NCBI GenBank assembly: GCA_035084275.1
Contig: CM068742.1
Coordinates: 44,144,001-44,208,000, forward strand
Reading direction: 5' to 3'
DNA length: 64,000 nucleotides
From: Hydrolagus colliei
Taxonomy: Eukaryota
The position numbers and the translations under genes were made by a program. Below are positions 28,604-42,979 of this stretch, in pieces. Position 1 is the stretch's first letter; every line of letters starts with the position of its first letter. The notes beneath the pieces were generated by a model, which was not told the DNA's origin, made no database searches, and was given only the letters and a program-made list of their open reading frames with translations.

Positions 28604-28935
28604 NNNNNNNNNNNNNNNNNNNNNNNNNNNNNNNNNNNNNNNNNNNNNNNNNNNNNNNNNNNNNNNNNNNNNNNNNNNNNNNNNNNNNNNNNNNNNNNNN
28701 NNNNNNNNNNNNNNNNNNNNNNNNNNNNNNNNNNNNNNNNNNNNNNNNNNNNNNNNNNNNNNNNNNNNNNNNNNNNNNNNNNNNNNNNNNNNNNNNNNNN
28801 NNNNNNNNNNNNNNNNNNNNNNNNNNNNNNNNNNNNNNNNNNNNNNNNNNNNNNNNNNNNNNNNNNNNNNNNNNNNNNNNNNNNNNNNNNNNNNNNNNNN
28901 NNNNNNNNNNNNNNNNNNNNNNNNNNNNNNNNNNN
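28604..28935. other. Assembly gap in the NR2F1 upstream region
   Basis: Run of N. Confidence 1.
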
Positions 28936-31900
28936 TAAACAACCGCTGTGTTTTTTTTAAAAAAAAAATTCTAATCAGTTATTTTCTACCAGAGGACAGT
29001 GGGGAAAACCCACGACCTGTCTCTGATTGAAACCCGTGCACCTCTCGCTGGAAAATTGTGATAAAGTGAGACGTAAAGTGTCTACAATAATATTAACAAC
29101 AACAAAAACAATTGTGGTTAATCCTTCGAGTTGCCCAGTTTATGAAGGAACACAGAGGGAAGCTCAGCTTTTCCGACCTTCATAGGTATATATATATATA
29201 TATATATATTAATACATATTATATTAATACTAGACAAGCAACATCAGAGGCCTTTAACACTATTGAAAGCAAACAGATAAACATAACGGTGTATGACTGG
29301 TTGTCTAACATACATTTTTAAAATTGCTGCAAAGCCTTCAACCTGAGTTAAACCCAATTTACAATCGGATTCCATCCCCAACCGCCCCTATTGTATATGC
29401 ATTGATGAAACGCCGTTATTGACTATGCAACAGTGGACCTAGTCTCGCTCTCTCTCTCTCTCTCTCTCTCTCCCTCCCTTTCTCCCCTGGCTCTCTAAAT
29501 AAAGTCTCACTCATGTCTTATGATTAGTGAAAAGGTGAAACGAATAAGATTAGAAGGGACAAAGAGGAAAACTCTGTAAGTGTATCATCGGGCTTTTCCT
29601 CCTCAGAATGGGGCAGAGTGGTCACAGGGAGGGAGGCTGCCTCTCTCCTGCAACTTGGTTGGAGTGTAAAGAGCTTAAAGCGAGCACCTGTAACCGAGCA
29701 GAGAGAGAACCCAGCAGGCAAGTAACAGCTTTACTTTCAGTCTCTGTGTCAGACTCTTTATTTTTGCAATACCGCTCCAAGGAAAATCTTAGTGTGTGAC
29801 CATTGGGGCGCTGATTAACCTTTAGACCACAGGGTTTAAATCTTAAACTCCAAAAAGATATATGTATATATATTTAATGTATATATATCTATATATATAA
29901 AATCACCAACGCCTATTGATGCAAATAAAACTATTATTATTGTACCTATCGCGCATTACAGCAATAAGACTGTGATATGGACTGGTGCAGGCTGCAGTAT
30001 ACACTGAATAGTTTCACTCTACGGCCGGGGTAGTGTTGTTCCAAGTCATGTTGATTGTGTTTAACGTAGAACTGCAATGTCTCTGATAGCATCTGAATAT
30101 AAGTGTGTGTACATTACATACACACGCGTATATATATATCTATATACATATATATATATGTATATAGTTCTGAATGCTATCGTCGCCGATCTTGAGAGTA
30201 AGAATGAAGGATGTGTGTTTGTAACATATGTGATACAGGGAATTCCCCCCACCCCAACCCACCCACCCACCCATTTAAGTACAGTATATGATCTTGTAGG
30301 AAATCAAGAGCGGCCTCAAAGGCAGGCGCTGATCAGTCGCGAGCTTCACAAAGTAAGCTTCTCACCTGCTCTGTTTGTTGTTTGATCACCTAATGAAAAG
30401 ATCGATCGGTCAATGTTTGGCTAAGTGATAGTGTCGACAGATAAAGAGACAGCAAAATGATCGACTGGCCCAGGAATATACACACACACACACGCGCACA
30501 TTGAAACCACCCGCCCGAGAGAGTCCTCACTCTCTCTCTCTCTCTCACTGCTCTGCTCTCCTCTTCACTTCCCCCCTCAGAGAGAGAGAGAGAGAGAGAC
30601 AGAAAAAAAAGAGAAAGAGGCATTTTGGTCGGAGCAGATGATTGTTGTGGAAAAATGCTGAAAAATATAATAATTCTGTAGCGTGAACTCAAGGTGGGGG
30701 TGCAGGTTAAATGCTCTTGTGCCTGTGTGTGTGTGTGTGTGAGGTGGGGTGGGGAGGGGGAGGGGAGAGGGGGGTTGTGGGGGGTGGGGTGGAGAAGCGC
30801 CTTCAGCGGGAGGTCGAGCCCTTTCAGGCCGGGCCACGGAGCAGGGAAGCCGGGGACAGTGTGATGTGAGAGCCGCTACACCTCCCGACTTACTCCCCCG
30901 GAGGCATTTGGGGATGCATTTCCCTTGCCCGCACGGTTCAGCTCTACCTGTCACATGCAGCTAAGCTGAATGACTTTGTTATTCTTGTACTTTTTTAGGT
31001 TCTGTGGTTTTAGGAGCTGGCTTTTCAAGGTATGTCCGAAATCAAAAGACTTCATCCATATTCAATCCCTACACACTGAACAATAAACAGTTCTTTTTTC
31101 TCTCTCCCCCCACCCCCCTCCTTCTCCCCTCTCTCCCTCTCTCTCTGAAAGCAACGGGACTTTTTAGATTGTTTGTCAAATAGATCTCTCTCAGAAAAAA
31201 AACTACATGAAGTGTTGCCATGTAAATAATTTATTTTCCTTAACAGCGTTTTAGTTATGCCTCCTTGGAAGGTTTTGATGCTATTTGAACGACCTCTGAA
31301 ATCTTATCAGCTGGCTTTGCGATGGTAGGCTTCCTTCGAGATTTGCAAATGCAATCGTGTAGATATGGGATGAAATCTCTAAATAATAAGTGTACAAGGA
31401 GCAGGCAGGATGAAGTTTCTCTCGCGCAGAATGAATGCGTTCACTGATTTTTCCAACTCACTCACCCACCCACCAAGAGCATCTGGTCTGTAGACTTCTG
31501 TAAATTTTGGGGAAAAAAAAAGGCTGGCCTTTTAGTTAGATCTCCTCCCCCCAGTTAGGGCCGCTGACCTGTCCCATTACCCAAGTTTTTTTTCTCTGCT
31601 GAGCTCCCGAGGGCAAAAACAGAGAGAATTTTAACTTTTCCAGCTGTATCGAGTCAGCCACGGTGCAAAACTTTCTCTCTCTTTTTTTTCTCTCTCTTAA
31701 AAAAAATGCCACTTTTTCTCGCCGAACTCCTTCGCAAACATGAGCTCTGAATCATTCGGAAAGCGGTGAATTATGCGTCTGATGTTTACTTGCTCAGGGA
31801 AATCTGAAGGCAAACCGAAATTCCCAAGCCAAGAGAAACAATGGGATACATGCAAAGACAACACACTCAATGTTTTCCTGGTTTACTGCAGCATTTCATC

Positions 31901-34900
31901 CGCACTGCACTCACACTCATCTGCAAATGTGAAATTGCTGGACTGAAACCTGGCCTGATTTGGCTAAAATTGCCCTTTGCCTCTGAGGCGCACATACAGT
32001 GGGTGGCGTCTGGGAGGAACTATTAAAACAGAAATATCACTGCTTGATTCAGCATTTAAAATATTCTTTAGCTTTCTCTCCTCCCGCAGCTAAAACCTCG
32101 CTTGATTTAATCCGCAATAAATAAGATGATTAAGCGACTAAAATGTTTAACAAAATTATCCTATCTAGAGGTTAATTCCATAGCCATAACTGGGGAGGGT
32201 TGAATCCTGCACGATTTGGCGCTTGTTACTGCGTCTACCCGACTCTAAAAAGTTATATTTTATCAACAGCAACAAGAATGAAATGTTAGCAGTGGCAGAT
32301 GCTGATAGCGTTAGCTGTTTATATACATAATACCGCTTTTCTGCATATTTTGCTAAACTCTAAACAGACACAGGGAACTTTTAGGTCAAACCGTACGTGT
32401 GATAATAACTGCCAGATGTTTGTTTTTTTAAAAAAGCATAAAATATACACGAAATAATTTTTTGATAAAGAAAAAAAAAAATCCCTAACTCTTCCTTTAA
32501 CTCTCTTGAAGCGTCAAAGGGAAGACGAGGGGTCTTTTGTCCGAATTCATCCCTGGCTATTCTGGGGGTGAATGTGGTGTGAAAGGGACGAGAAGGTCAT
32601 TTGAAATCGCCTTTTATCTGCTGGCGTTTTCTCTGTGGATCATCGGATCTGAATAGACACATCTACATCGCACTTAATGGAAGCCCAGGACCAGAAAGCG
32701 AATAACCGCCTTTACCGGCGGTTACCGTTAGAATCAGCGCCGCTAATTGCCTCGTCCTTTCCTTTAATATAATCTCAAAACAAATCGAAAGCCCCAGGAA
32801 TTTTCAGAGGCTTTATAATTGGCTTGTGATAAACCCACATTGCAACTCAATTCACTTTCATTGACACGTCTGGGGTTCTTCACATGAACAAGATTTTTTT
32901 TAATGAATGTCTTCAATTTATGTATTAATAATACCGACAATGATTTTTTTTTAAAAAAAGTTCAGTGTTGGCAAAAACTTTTTTTTAAAAAAAGAAAGGA
33001 AAATACTTGGTTTGCTTATCAGTTCCTTGCGAGTTCCCTTTCGTTGACGGTCTCTGTGGCCTGGGTCAATCAAAAAACAATTTAACAATTCATTTTCTAA
33101 TCAGGATGGAGGGAGTCACTGTTTTACTCCTCTTTGTCCTCAAAGGAGTTTAATCGGACTCCTCTGAATTAAACGTTACAAGTTGGTGAAATATTACCAC
33201 AAAGGCAAGTGAAGAATTTAACACTGGGAGTCAAATGCAACTCAGAGAATGTTTATAGCCTATAGCATCTCTATTCATCTAGAATCTAATACTCTATATA
33301 ATATACATTTATTACGGCTATTACGTGTGTAATTTGAACATCAGATTAAAGGACCACATCTAATGCTGAAATAAATGTAAACCTGCTATCATTTAAACAC
33401 ACCAGAATGTCGGGGTGGGGGGGGGGGGGGGGGGGGGGAAAGAAAGATCAAAACAATTAAATGTCTTTCATGGGGAAGGATGCACCTTGTCATATATAAA
33501 CCCGTTTGATGAGAATAAATGGGAAATGCAAATCCGTTATATAAAACGTGTTGCAGTGAGTACCTGGGGGTGGGGGGGGGGGGGGGGAACTTAAAGATGA
33601 TTAGCACCGTAATATGTTCGGTACAATGCAAAAGGGAAGGGCAGTGGGGACTGTGTATTGACAAGGTATCCTCTGGAACAAGAGCGGATACTCAAATCAA
33701 ACTCTGTGATCATTAGGAGAAGTGTCCAGTTCAATTAAAACTTCGAAACGTTACAAAATTTCAACGCTAATGATATGGACCGGATTCTTCAGCTCCGTCC
33801 ATTGCAAATACGTTCAAAAATAGTAGTAGTTTGGGATTTGATTGTTCAGCGGCACTAATTGCAAACAATGATGCTTAAATTACTTTTACAATTAGACGGT
33901 GGTTGGAGCTGGTTGGGAGGACTGTCAACCCCAGCGATGGATAATTGCTTTATTGCTCTCAAAATCACCATCTATTTAGAACATATGTGCTAATTACGCT
34001 GGATGGGCGTATAAACAGATACCATAAATCTATTAGCACGAAAAAAGAATCGGCGGTTTAACTGAGGTCTCCTCAATCTATTCGCTGTGTTATTTGAGGT
34101 TGTGGTTCCATGAAGACGTTCGCATCTCACACCCCATTCGGGACACACTTGCCCTGTTGTAGCCTTAGCGCTGCTTCAGGGATACCAGCCCCAACACCCA
34201 GCCACCCCTCAACTCCCCCCCCCCTCCACCCTCCACCCGACCGTCCCTGGTATCCGGACACAGAATCCGGACTGTTTGCGGAGCCAAATGAATTTTTACT
34301 GTTGACAAGATAAGAGCGGTCGTTTCGTAAGCCAATGTCAATTTAGAAACTTTTATTGAAAAAAATTCCAGGATGTGATTTTGAACCCCCTTCCCCTTCC
34401 CACCGCCCCACTGCCCCCCTTCCCCCCGCCCCCTAATTCGCGTTATTTCGAGACCTGTCGTGGCTTTTGCAACAGTTAAAAACTTAGTTTCCCAAATGGA
34501 ACACTTTTTGCCACTGTTACCGTGTGGGCTTTCAGTAGATCACTGAGATTTGACGCTTTCTTTCGCAACCTGACCTGTCCCGGTGAGCGCCCGTGTGTCT
34601 AACAAACACTATTACATGCAATCATTTGCAACTCGCAACTTTCAGTATCTCGTCCTTGTTCATATTCCTCTGGAAAAAAAGCACACACCCTTTAACACCG
34701 CGTCACTAATTTGGAGACCTCCAGAACAAACCGCACTGATAAAAAAAACAGTATTTACACGGGCCATCCGGCCAGCCATCGTGCTGATTGATTATACATG
34801 TAATATTAACGGATCAAAGTTAAGATCGCAGTGACGGATTGTCTCCCATTCCTGTCAGTGGGTTCATGACAAAATAGTGCAATTGGAAGTAACCTTAAAC

Positions 34901-37900
34901 AAACGCAATGGAGGCACCGGACACAGGCAATCGCCAGGGTTTGGCGGGACAGTTCAAACGAGGGCATGGATTTGACAAACGCTATGGACATGGGTACCGA
35001 TCGGATGCAAGACAAGTATTACACAATAACAGACCTCTACCAGGCTCAGTACCAGGCGCGTTAACCAGACTCCTTTAGCTAGACTTGACTTGTTCTTCTC
35101 GGGGGAGGGGAGGTGGTGGTGGGGGGGTGGGGGGGGGGGGGGGGGGGTGTTATCTGTGACTAGCGATGAGGAAGCACTGGGCACCTGAGCGAGATTGTCT
35201 GACACCGAGTCGCGGGTGTGAATAACAACACTGAATGTGCAACGTACAATAATGTAAGGAAACATGTACTTACTGACAACTTCTGCCGGAGTTTCAGTAT
35301 TTATAATACATTCAATGCGCATGAAATCATTTTCTGTTTGGGCATTTTAAGATGTTTTCAGTCATGCAAAGACATACTGTTTGAATTATGAAAAAAACAC
35401 ACACGCGTTTTTGCACACCGGAGTCCAAGCCAATCAGAAAAACCTAACAATCCTGTGGCTGCAAGTGTCACACCCATAAATCCACAGACAAATGAAGGTC
35501 AGTGGCATAAAAAAGATATCCATTTAGTGGGACCGCGCTATAAACATCGGCAAGTGTGCCTCGATTGCAACCAGTTCATCATCAGCATCCGCCCCCCCCC
35601 ACCCTCCCCAAATAAAGTCCTCATCATTTTATTTTGGTCAGTGAAGCCAGGGAGGTGCCTCACTATATCACAGCGGCTTGTAACTTGCACGTTGTATGGA
35701 TGGATTCGCAGCTTGATATATATTTTTTGGGGAGGGGTGGTGGTTGGTGGGGGGGGGGGGGGGGGTGGGAGGGTGTTGAAAGAAAACAAAGTATAGTCAG
35801 CCCCATGCAAATAGAGATGATAGACAAATAGATAGGACATGTACGCCCCCCACCTCACACACACACACCAATTTTTTTCATTTATTATTTCAGCTACACT
35901 GCATTATTTTTCTTGTAAAGCATTCGTGACTGGTAATTTCAACCATGTGACTTATAAAATACTGTAGGGGTGGGTGGGGGGGGGGGGCAGGTTTCAATCA
36001 ATACCACTGGATGCCCCCCCCCCCCCCCTCCCCATCACCCCTACACACTCATTTTGTGAGAAAGACCACCTCATCTCCTATATTATCTCCTGTTATAATT
36101 TGCATAAGGTCACGCCTAAAAATAATCATTTGGACAGTCATCCTGAAAATGATATATAAAGAAGAAAGTAGACTTTGTCTGCTCAATGTGGTCCTTTCAA
36201 GTGACATTGCTGATCAAATTAATCGACAGCCCCCCCCCCCCCCCCCCCCTTTGTTTTAGATGAGTTAAATGAAATGATATATTTTCTGTATGTGGAATGT
36301 CAAGCACATGCACTCTCTCTCTCTCCCCTGTGTGTAGGTGGGGGAGGTGGGGGATGTGCTCGGCTGGCGTGAAGGCAGGAATGGTCTTGACAGTAAAAGG
36401 CAACCGACCTGACGCCTTCTGGTACATAGAATAAAAGCAAAATAATAGTCATAATTCCGTGGGAATGACTGCAAAGAGAGATTTCCCACCCCATAGCTTG
36501 AACATTGCACTGTTGCTTAAAAATAAAGGCTAGCTGGTCACAGCCAGGAGCCAATCCCCCAAAGTGCTGGTACATTTATTCACCCTTAAGTCAAATCCTG
36601 TCTGATTTTTACATTAAAATAAATGGTATTTTTCATTTAAGGCGTTCTGGCAAACTGAATAAATAAAGTCTACACTGGGAGCAGTGTAAAGAGACTAAGA
36701 CGTATTTGCTGATGTGAAAAGATGAAATACTGTAGGTACAATGTTGGAGACAGGGATGGGCGGTGGGATTGTTGAGTTTTGAGCTCCCTCTGGAAGCAGA
36801 GAGTGAAATTGCTCCATTACTGGATTCTGTGGCACTATCTCACATCTCAGGTGTTTGCAGGACTCCTGCTCTGAGTTTGTCCCGCGCAGCTGACACTATG
36901 GAGACGGTGTGTTTTAATAGATTTACTGTAACTGAAGGAAAATTAGGCAAACAGTGTGTTAAAATAAGGGGAGGGAGGGAGCGACCAAGGCTTTCAAAGA
37001 ACCCGCTATCGGAAGCAATAAATAAGGAATGAAAATAATCTGGGTTTGATTTCCACGTGAAAAACACCACAGCCAGCTTGTTTATCGGAGCTCGATAGTA
37101 AGTGCCATGATGCTTCATTAGTCAAAATCAAGTCATTCTGATACAGAAAAAGTTCTGTGATACTTCATTAAAGTGCAGTTTTAAAGTGTTTTAAATTTTG
37201 TTTGTGGAAAAAAACTTATGCTTCGGAAACAACATGGATTAAAAAAACAATACAATAGTGGGATAATTCAAAGTATGTGACGATCCGAATTGTCCCCATT
37301 TCGTTTAACTGTGGTCTGGGTGGGCAGTGAAGGGTGGGACGCTGCGATTGAGTAAATTCGTCCCTTTTGTTGCAATATTTTCGAGGTATTCTCTTCTTTC
37401 TCCAGTAAATATAATTGACCAGAGATTTTCCGCCCACTCTCCAACACGCAGTATTATCTTACAATGCGCCACACCGTGTTTATTACAAGTTTATTATAGC
37501 ATAAAAGCACATTAAATTGAATCCCCCACCTCCCCAACCCTCGCCCCTCCCCAGCTCGCAAATCCTATTAACCACACAATAATAATCTGAAGAAAATAAC
37601 GTATATATGATACATCGAGGGTCAAAATAAGAGACACAGCAACTTTCGTCTCTCGCAAACGTTCCACATATGTGTTTTCTCTCGGCTTTTTGGTAAAGAT
37701 GAATGTTTACGACAAAGTGGCTTTACAAAGTGCTTCTTTTTTTATATATATAAAGGAAACTTAAAACAGGCTGGTCTTAGTCTGCAATTCGGTTTTTGTT
37801 TTAATTTCGGCGACGCGTGAAAATAAAGAGGAACCAAGGCTGTGAAAAGTACTTTTCAGGGATTTGAATGAACACATTGCAACCAGCTTGGGAATTTTAG

Positions 37901-40900
37901 CCAGAGCATCTCCACTTGGAAAGGATTGAAATAGTTTGTTGTTAAATTACTGCAGTGATAAATTATCACCGAATCCATCTTTCTGGACTCCTGTGAGTCA
38001 CGTGGAAATTAATAATTTAACAAATTTAATGTACATCAAATTATATACCAAATACGCTTTATTGTACATTGTACATATATGTATGTCTTTGAATAACCAT
38101 GATTTATTATTGCGCATGTATCCAAAATACTTCTGATTGTTGAAATGAACTCAGTAGTACTATCTATTCCGATCTTTATTTCTCTCTTTATTTGCAGAAT
38201 TTTAATTGTTTTTAATGTAATGCCTTCAACACTCACTTAGAATCCTGATGGAAATGCTTTGTTTCATTGTACGACTCTTGTTTGCCCGTGACACTAAATA
38301 ACTTTTACAGGTTGTGTTGCTCGACTTCACACGATGCACAGAGTGAAGTGAATTCTTCATCACTGCCGGCTCGGGGCTAGAATGTCCAGCCTAGACAGCA
38401 CTGTTTGCAAAAGTACATGGTTCAAAGTCATTCACAGAATTGCACCAAGGTCCTTCCTTAAATTTAATTAAATCTGCATTGTCTGTCTGTCTGACTGTCT
38501 GTCTGTCTGTCTGTGTCTGCCTGCCTCCATCTATCCCAATATTATTGATATACAATATGTGATAAGAAGCTTTAAATCAGTGTATAGGAAGATAAGCCAT
38601 GTTTCAAAAATTGACATTCAATAGGTACATGATTCAATTTCGCTTCCTGACACATTTTCATAAGTTAAGTCTAGGCTCATAAAGATGTCTTGGGCAGCCT
38701 ATCCATTGCTGCTGAAATATCTGCCTTAGTGGAATAAGATGTAATAAAGATCTATTTTTTTTGGGGTGGGGGAGGGTTAGAACCAAGCAAGCAAGCAAGC
38801 GTACACATTCACAGCAGATAATCAATATTTTAAAGAGTAATTTTGGTTGGTGGTGGGCCTCATCATATGCACAATTATGAACAGAAACTTCTAAGAGTCT
38901 GATACTCCTATCTTTACACACATTTGTTTGTAACCTAAGACGTGCTTACAGACTGGGTGCTTGCTCCAGTGCTCATTTTTCGGATGTTGTGTTCTTAATT
39001 GTTTACTTTGCGAAATGGTTCCATATTTAACAGATCAAACCAGGGTCAAGTTCTCATTTATTTGTCCATCCAAACTGAGTATAACTCCCAGTAATTTCAC
39101 AGCTCTCAGTAAATGCCCCTTTAGCCTTGGGTGCATAGTTTTCGGATCAGTATTTAACCCAATGAAATTATTAGCATTGGGCAATCAAGTAAAATGCAGC
39201 CCAACCAAATGAAATGATTCCCCAGTATTTTTTGCTGTGTATTGTGAGTGAATGTCTATGGTGTCCCCCAGGGCTCTTTCTCCCTGCCTGCTCCCTGATT
39301 TCGCGTATAAAAGCAGCTCTGAATGATGGATTACTGTGTCATTGCAGCCTGCGAAGGATTAATTTGTTTCATTGATTTCTCTTTAGGCAGAATGCCAGGA
39401 TTCGCTGCTTCCCACCTTTACAGGATACTTCCAACAGTAATAGACGGTAATAGCCTAAGACAAATCAGCCCATTCTTATAAAAATAGAACCACAAAACCC
39501 AAATCCCCCAGTTGGCTGCAAAGATGCACCTTTTCTGCCTCATTCCAAGGACATTAATAAATACTTGTTTTAAATAGCAGGTACTAGATTCTTGTGCATA
39601 TGCAAAAAAAAATTAAATTAATAACTTGAAAACATATGACCTTTGCAGGATTTTCCAGTTATTGTACAAAACAAAACTTTGGAAAGTAGCTTGAAGCAAA
39701 TGACTAAATGTTAGTAATGTTAGTAAGTGACAAACTGTCAAAGTGGATGACACCTTGACTGGATTTTTCAAATCAAATGTGGGAATTAAAGTTGTTATTT
39801 AAAAATCTGCGCAGTAAATAAAATAGTACATTAAAATAAGAATTATGAGAGAAAATATCCTTTATTATTTTTGCAAATGATTACCATGAATGTAACATAT
39901 CAGTGGCTATATAGTGTCTACCTTAGAAATACTTCAAAGTGTAATACAGAGAAACTGCTACAGTTATCTCTTTAAAAAGTGAAAATTAAATACACTTTGT
40001 TTATTGTTGTACTAAAAAGAATTATAAATTAATATTTCTACTAAGTGGCTGCTTCTTATTTTGTCCAGCCAGTTATTGATTGAAACTGTTTTTATAAAAA
40101 TATTTTAATAGGAAATTCTTACTTTGCAAATAAGTATGATTGATGAGGTGAAAACCTTATGGTATATTTTAATGAGATGCTGTATATTTAAAAAACAAAT
40201 GGAGTTTTGTTTTCTAATGTAGTATTAAAGCTGGAACAAATTTATTTTGGAACAAAGCTTACATACAGGATTTCACCCATGCCACTAAAGTTATATTTAT
40301 ATATAATTAAATTATCCCATATTGTGCAAGTGTTCATATATTTAAAGTTTTGGGTTCATATTTGCTTTCACTATTCTGATTTAAAATAATTCATACAAAA
40401 TACTGTTTAAAGGAAAAATGTTTTTTGTTAGTTTTTAAAAGATAATTGAAAATATTTTAGTTGCATGTTAAATCATATAGATGATAGCAAAACATCCATC
40501 CATTTTGAATACATTAACTATTAGGAACACTCTAAAACAGCTATATTGCCAACAATAAACCTGAATAAACAGTCACAAATTTTCAGTTACTTTGATCTAA
40601 ATGAAAAATATTCAGAACTTCCTCAGTCATAGATAAATGAAAACAGATGCAACAAAGCCACTAATAGCTTGCAAACAAATTGGACAAATTTACCAGTGGC
40701 TGAAGCACCGCAGTGCCTCTCACCCATTGCTTTGTCTGCATCACATTCATTTTTTGCTTTTCAAACCACTAGTATGTTTGAAGTTTGTTGCATTACTGAA
40801 TTGTCAAAGATGACGTGTGTACTACAATGCCGGTGTTATATTATAGCTATTAAAGTGAAAAGTGTGATGTATATGATTTATTTCTTCTGATGAATAATGT

Positions 40901-42056
40901 GTAAATTTATTACAATGTGCAGCATAGAATACAGAGCCCGATCTGAATGTGCACAGTTTTAAAGCAACTTTATTGTCTTTTTAAACTGGAATCTCTTCAA
41001 ACCCTTTTGTATACTTTCTCTCTATATACACCTTTATTTCACACAACAGACAGAAGAAAAAGGCCATAAATATACAAGGTCAGGATAGGTCCATTTTCCT
41101 ATGCTGGGAAATATATTATTTTATCAATACATTGATCATCACTGTAGGTTTAGCCATATATCAAAATTAAACTTAATAATATCAATAAAACTGTCATATA
41201 GTAAAGCCTGAATACCACTAAAACTGTAAAATCCTTAAGATTTGAAAAAAGATACAGCGATTCAGATCAGTGTAATGAAAGAGTAATTGAAATGAGGGCT
41301 GGTCATAATTATTGACATTGCTGGAGGAGTTTGACATGCAAGGCTTTTGATTTCTTTTTCAACCCCATAATGCTATCCAGATACAATGGACTGACTAGAT
41401 GTAACATTTGTTAAAAAAACACACATATATAATCTGACTGTTCTGGTAAAATTGAAAGTCGATTATTTTGTACCTAGCACTATTTACTTCTTGAAACGTA
41501 CATTATAATTGCACCCTTTACAGGCTCTGCTTTCTCCAAGAACATACAACATTGAGACTAAACCATTGCTGTCTTACAGTATTTCTTAGCATATTTTACT
41601 GAGAATTTCACAGACTAATGCCTAAAGCATCATTAAACATTGAAACAATATTGCACAAGAATCTGATGCTCTTTATAGGTAGGATCTGTGATCATTATAA
41701 TTTGAAGGACTGTTGACTCATAAGATAAAATCTTTTAAAAAAATCTTTGTCTCACAGCCTGTGTGCATTAAGTAGTTGGTGCACAAGTGATCTCTGCAAT
41801 TTATGAGCTTATATAAGCGTGAGGAACGCAGACCTCACAACTTTCTTGAGTTTCCTCAACTTTGTTTTATTCAAAGACCTGTGAACTCATTCTTTTCCAA
41901 TTTCGTATTGCACAGGACTGTTATTATTTGGTTAGCTCAGCAGCTGTCAAAGTATAACAATATCTGATTAGTCAGTTTAGTATACGTTGAATGTGTAGGA
42001 TTTAAGAAAAAAGACACTGTTTTCCTTTTTTTCAGGTTATTCTGCGTTGTCTTGCT

Positions 42057-42089
42057 GATCCCATGAGCAGACAACCTGCTCATGGGATC
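42057..42089. repeat. Perfect 14-bp inverted repeat with 5-nt loop
   Basis: GATCCCATGAGCAG-ACAAC-CTGCTCATGGGATC. Confidence 0.95.
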
Positions 42090-42569
42090 CTGTTGATAAC
42101 CTAGCCTCTGGGAGGTTCATGAGAGTGACCTGGGGTGGTTTGCCCCCCAAGTTTTCCTCCCTCTCTATGGGAAAGCACTTGAATGAGTTGCACCACTGTG
42201 CTGTTCACTTTAACATGAACAGACTGTTAGAAATATACCAAGAGCCATTATTATTTCTACAGTCATGTGAAATGTAAGATATACATTAATAAACATCAAT
42301 GCTTTCCTATAATCAATGAAAATTTATTTAGCAGAGCTGCACTGTGCAAGTTTGTGACTGTGTTCAGAATGCATTGTAGGAAACAGGAGCAATGGCAACG
42401 CCTGCTGGTTGGAAACAATACAAACCATAACCTGAATTTCTTCACAGCACAGGAGCAGATGGTCTGAAAATATTATTATTATTTATTATTATTTTTAATA
42501 ATTAGGAAACATATTTTATTCTGTGAATAAAGTATTGGTGAAGATAATTTGACTTAATACTGGAGAAAG

Positions 42570-42979
42570 TTGATTGCTGTTAGCCCACAAAGTATACAGT
42601 CAATTCACTTTACAGTCTATTATATTGGAATGCTGTATCTCAGTGGTTAGAGCACTTGCCTTGCAAGAGTGAGATCTGGGTTCAATTCCAGGCAGGGTGG
42701 AACCTTGGGCAAGTTTTCTTACTCCACCCACCTAATAATAATTCCTGAAGAAAAATAATAATAAATTGGTCACTTGAATCCACGACTAATTATGGGACAC
42801 TGCTGTGCGCTATTGGCTGCCGTATTTTGCCCACAAATATACAGTCGATTGACTTTGGAGTATATTCTGTGAAGTGCTTTGAGACATCTACAAGACGTGA
42901 AAAGCACTATATCAAATGTGAAGCACTTTGAGACATCTCGAAAGATGTGATACATCAAATGTAAGGATGATGATTATTA
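42570..42979 (+). mobile_element. tRNA-derived SINE (42627-~42917) inserted in the 3' tail of a truncated related SINE
   Basis: A-box TATCTCAGTGG and B-box GGTTCAATTCC; body matches copies at 62061 and 63128; the flanks 42570-42626 and 42917-42979 join into one continuous SINE tail ending in (TTA)n. Confidence 0.85.

Noticed and set aside
28936-37000. Upstream alternative coding exon like NR2F2 isoform b (MQAVWDLEQGKYGF)
   Set aside because: No matching sequence found on the minus strand by eye.
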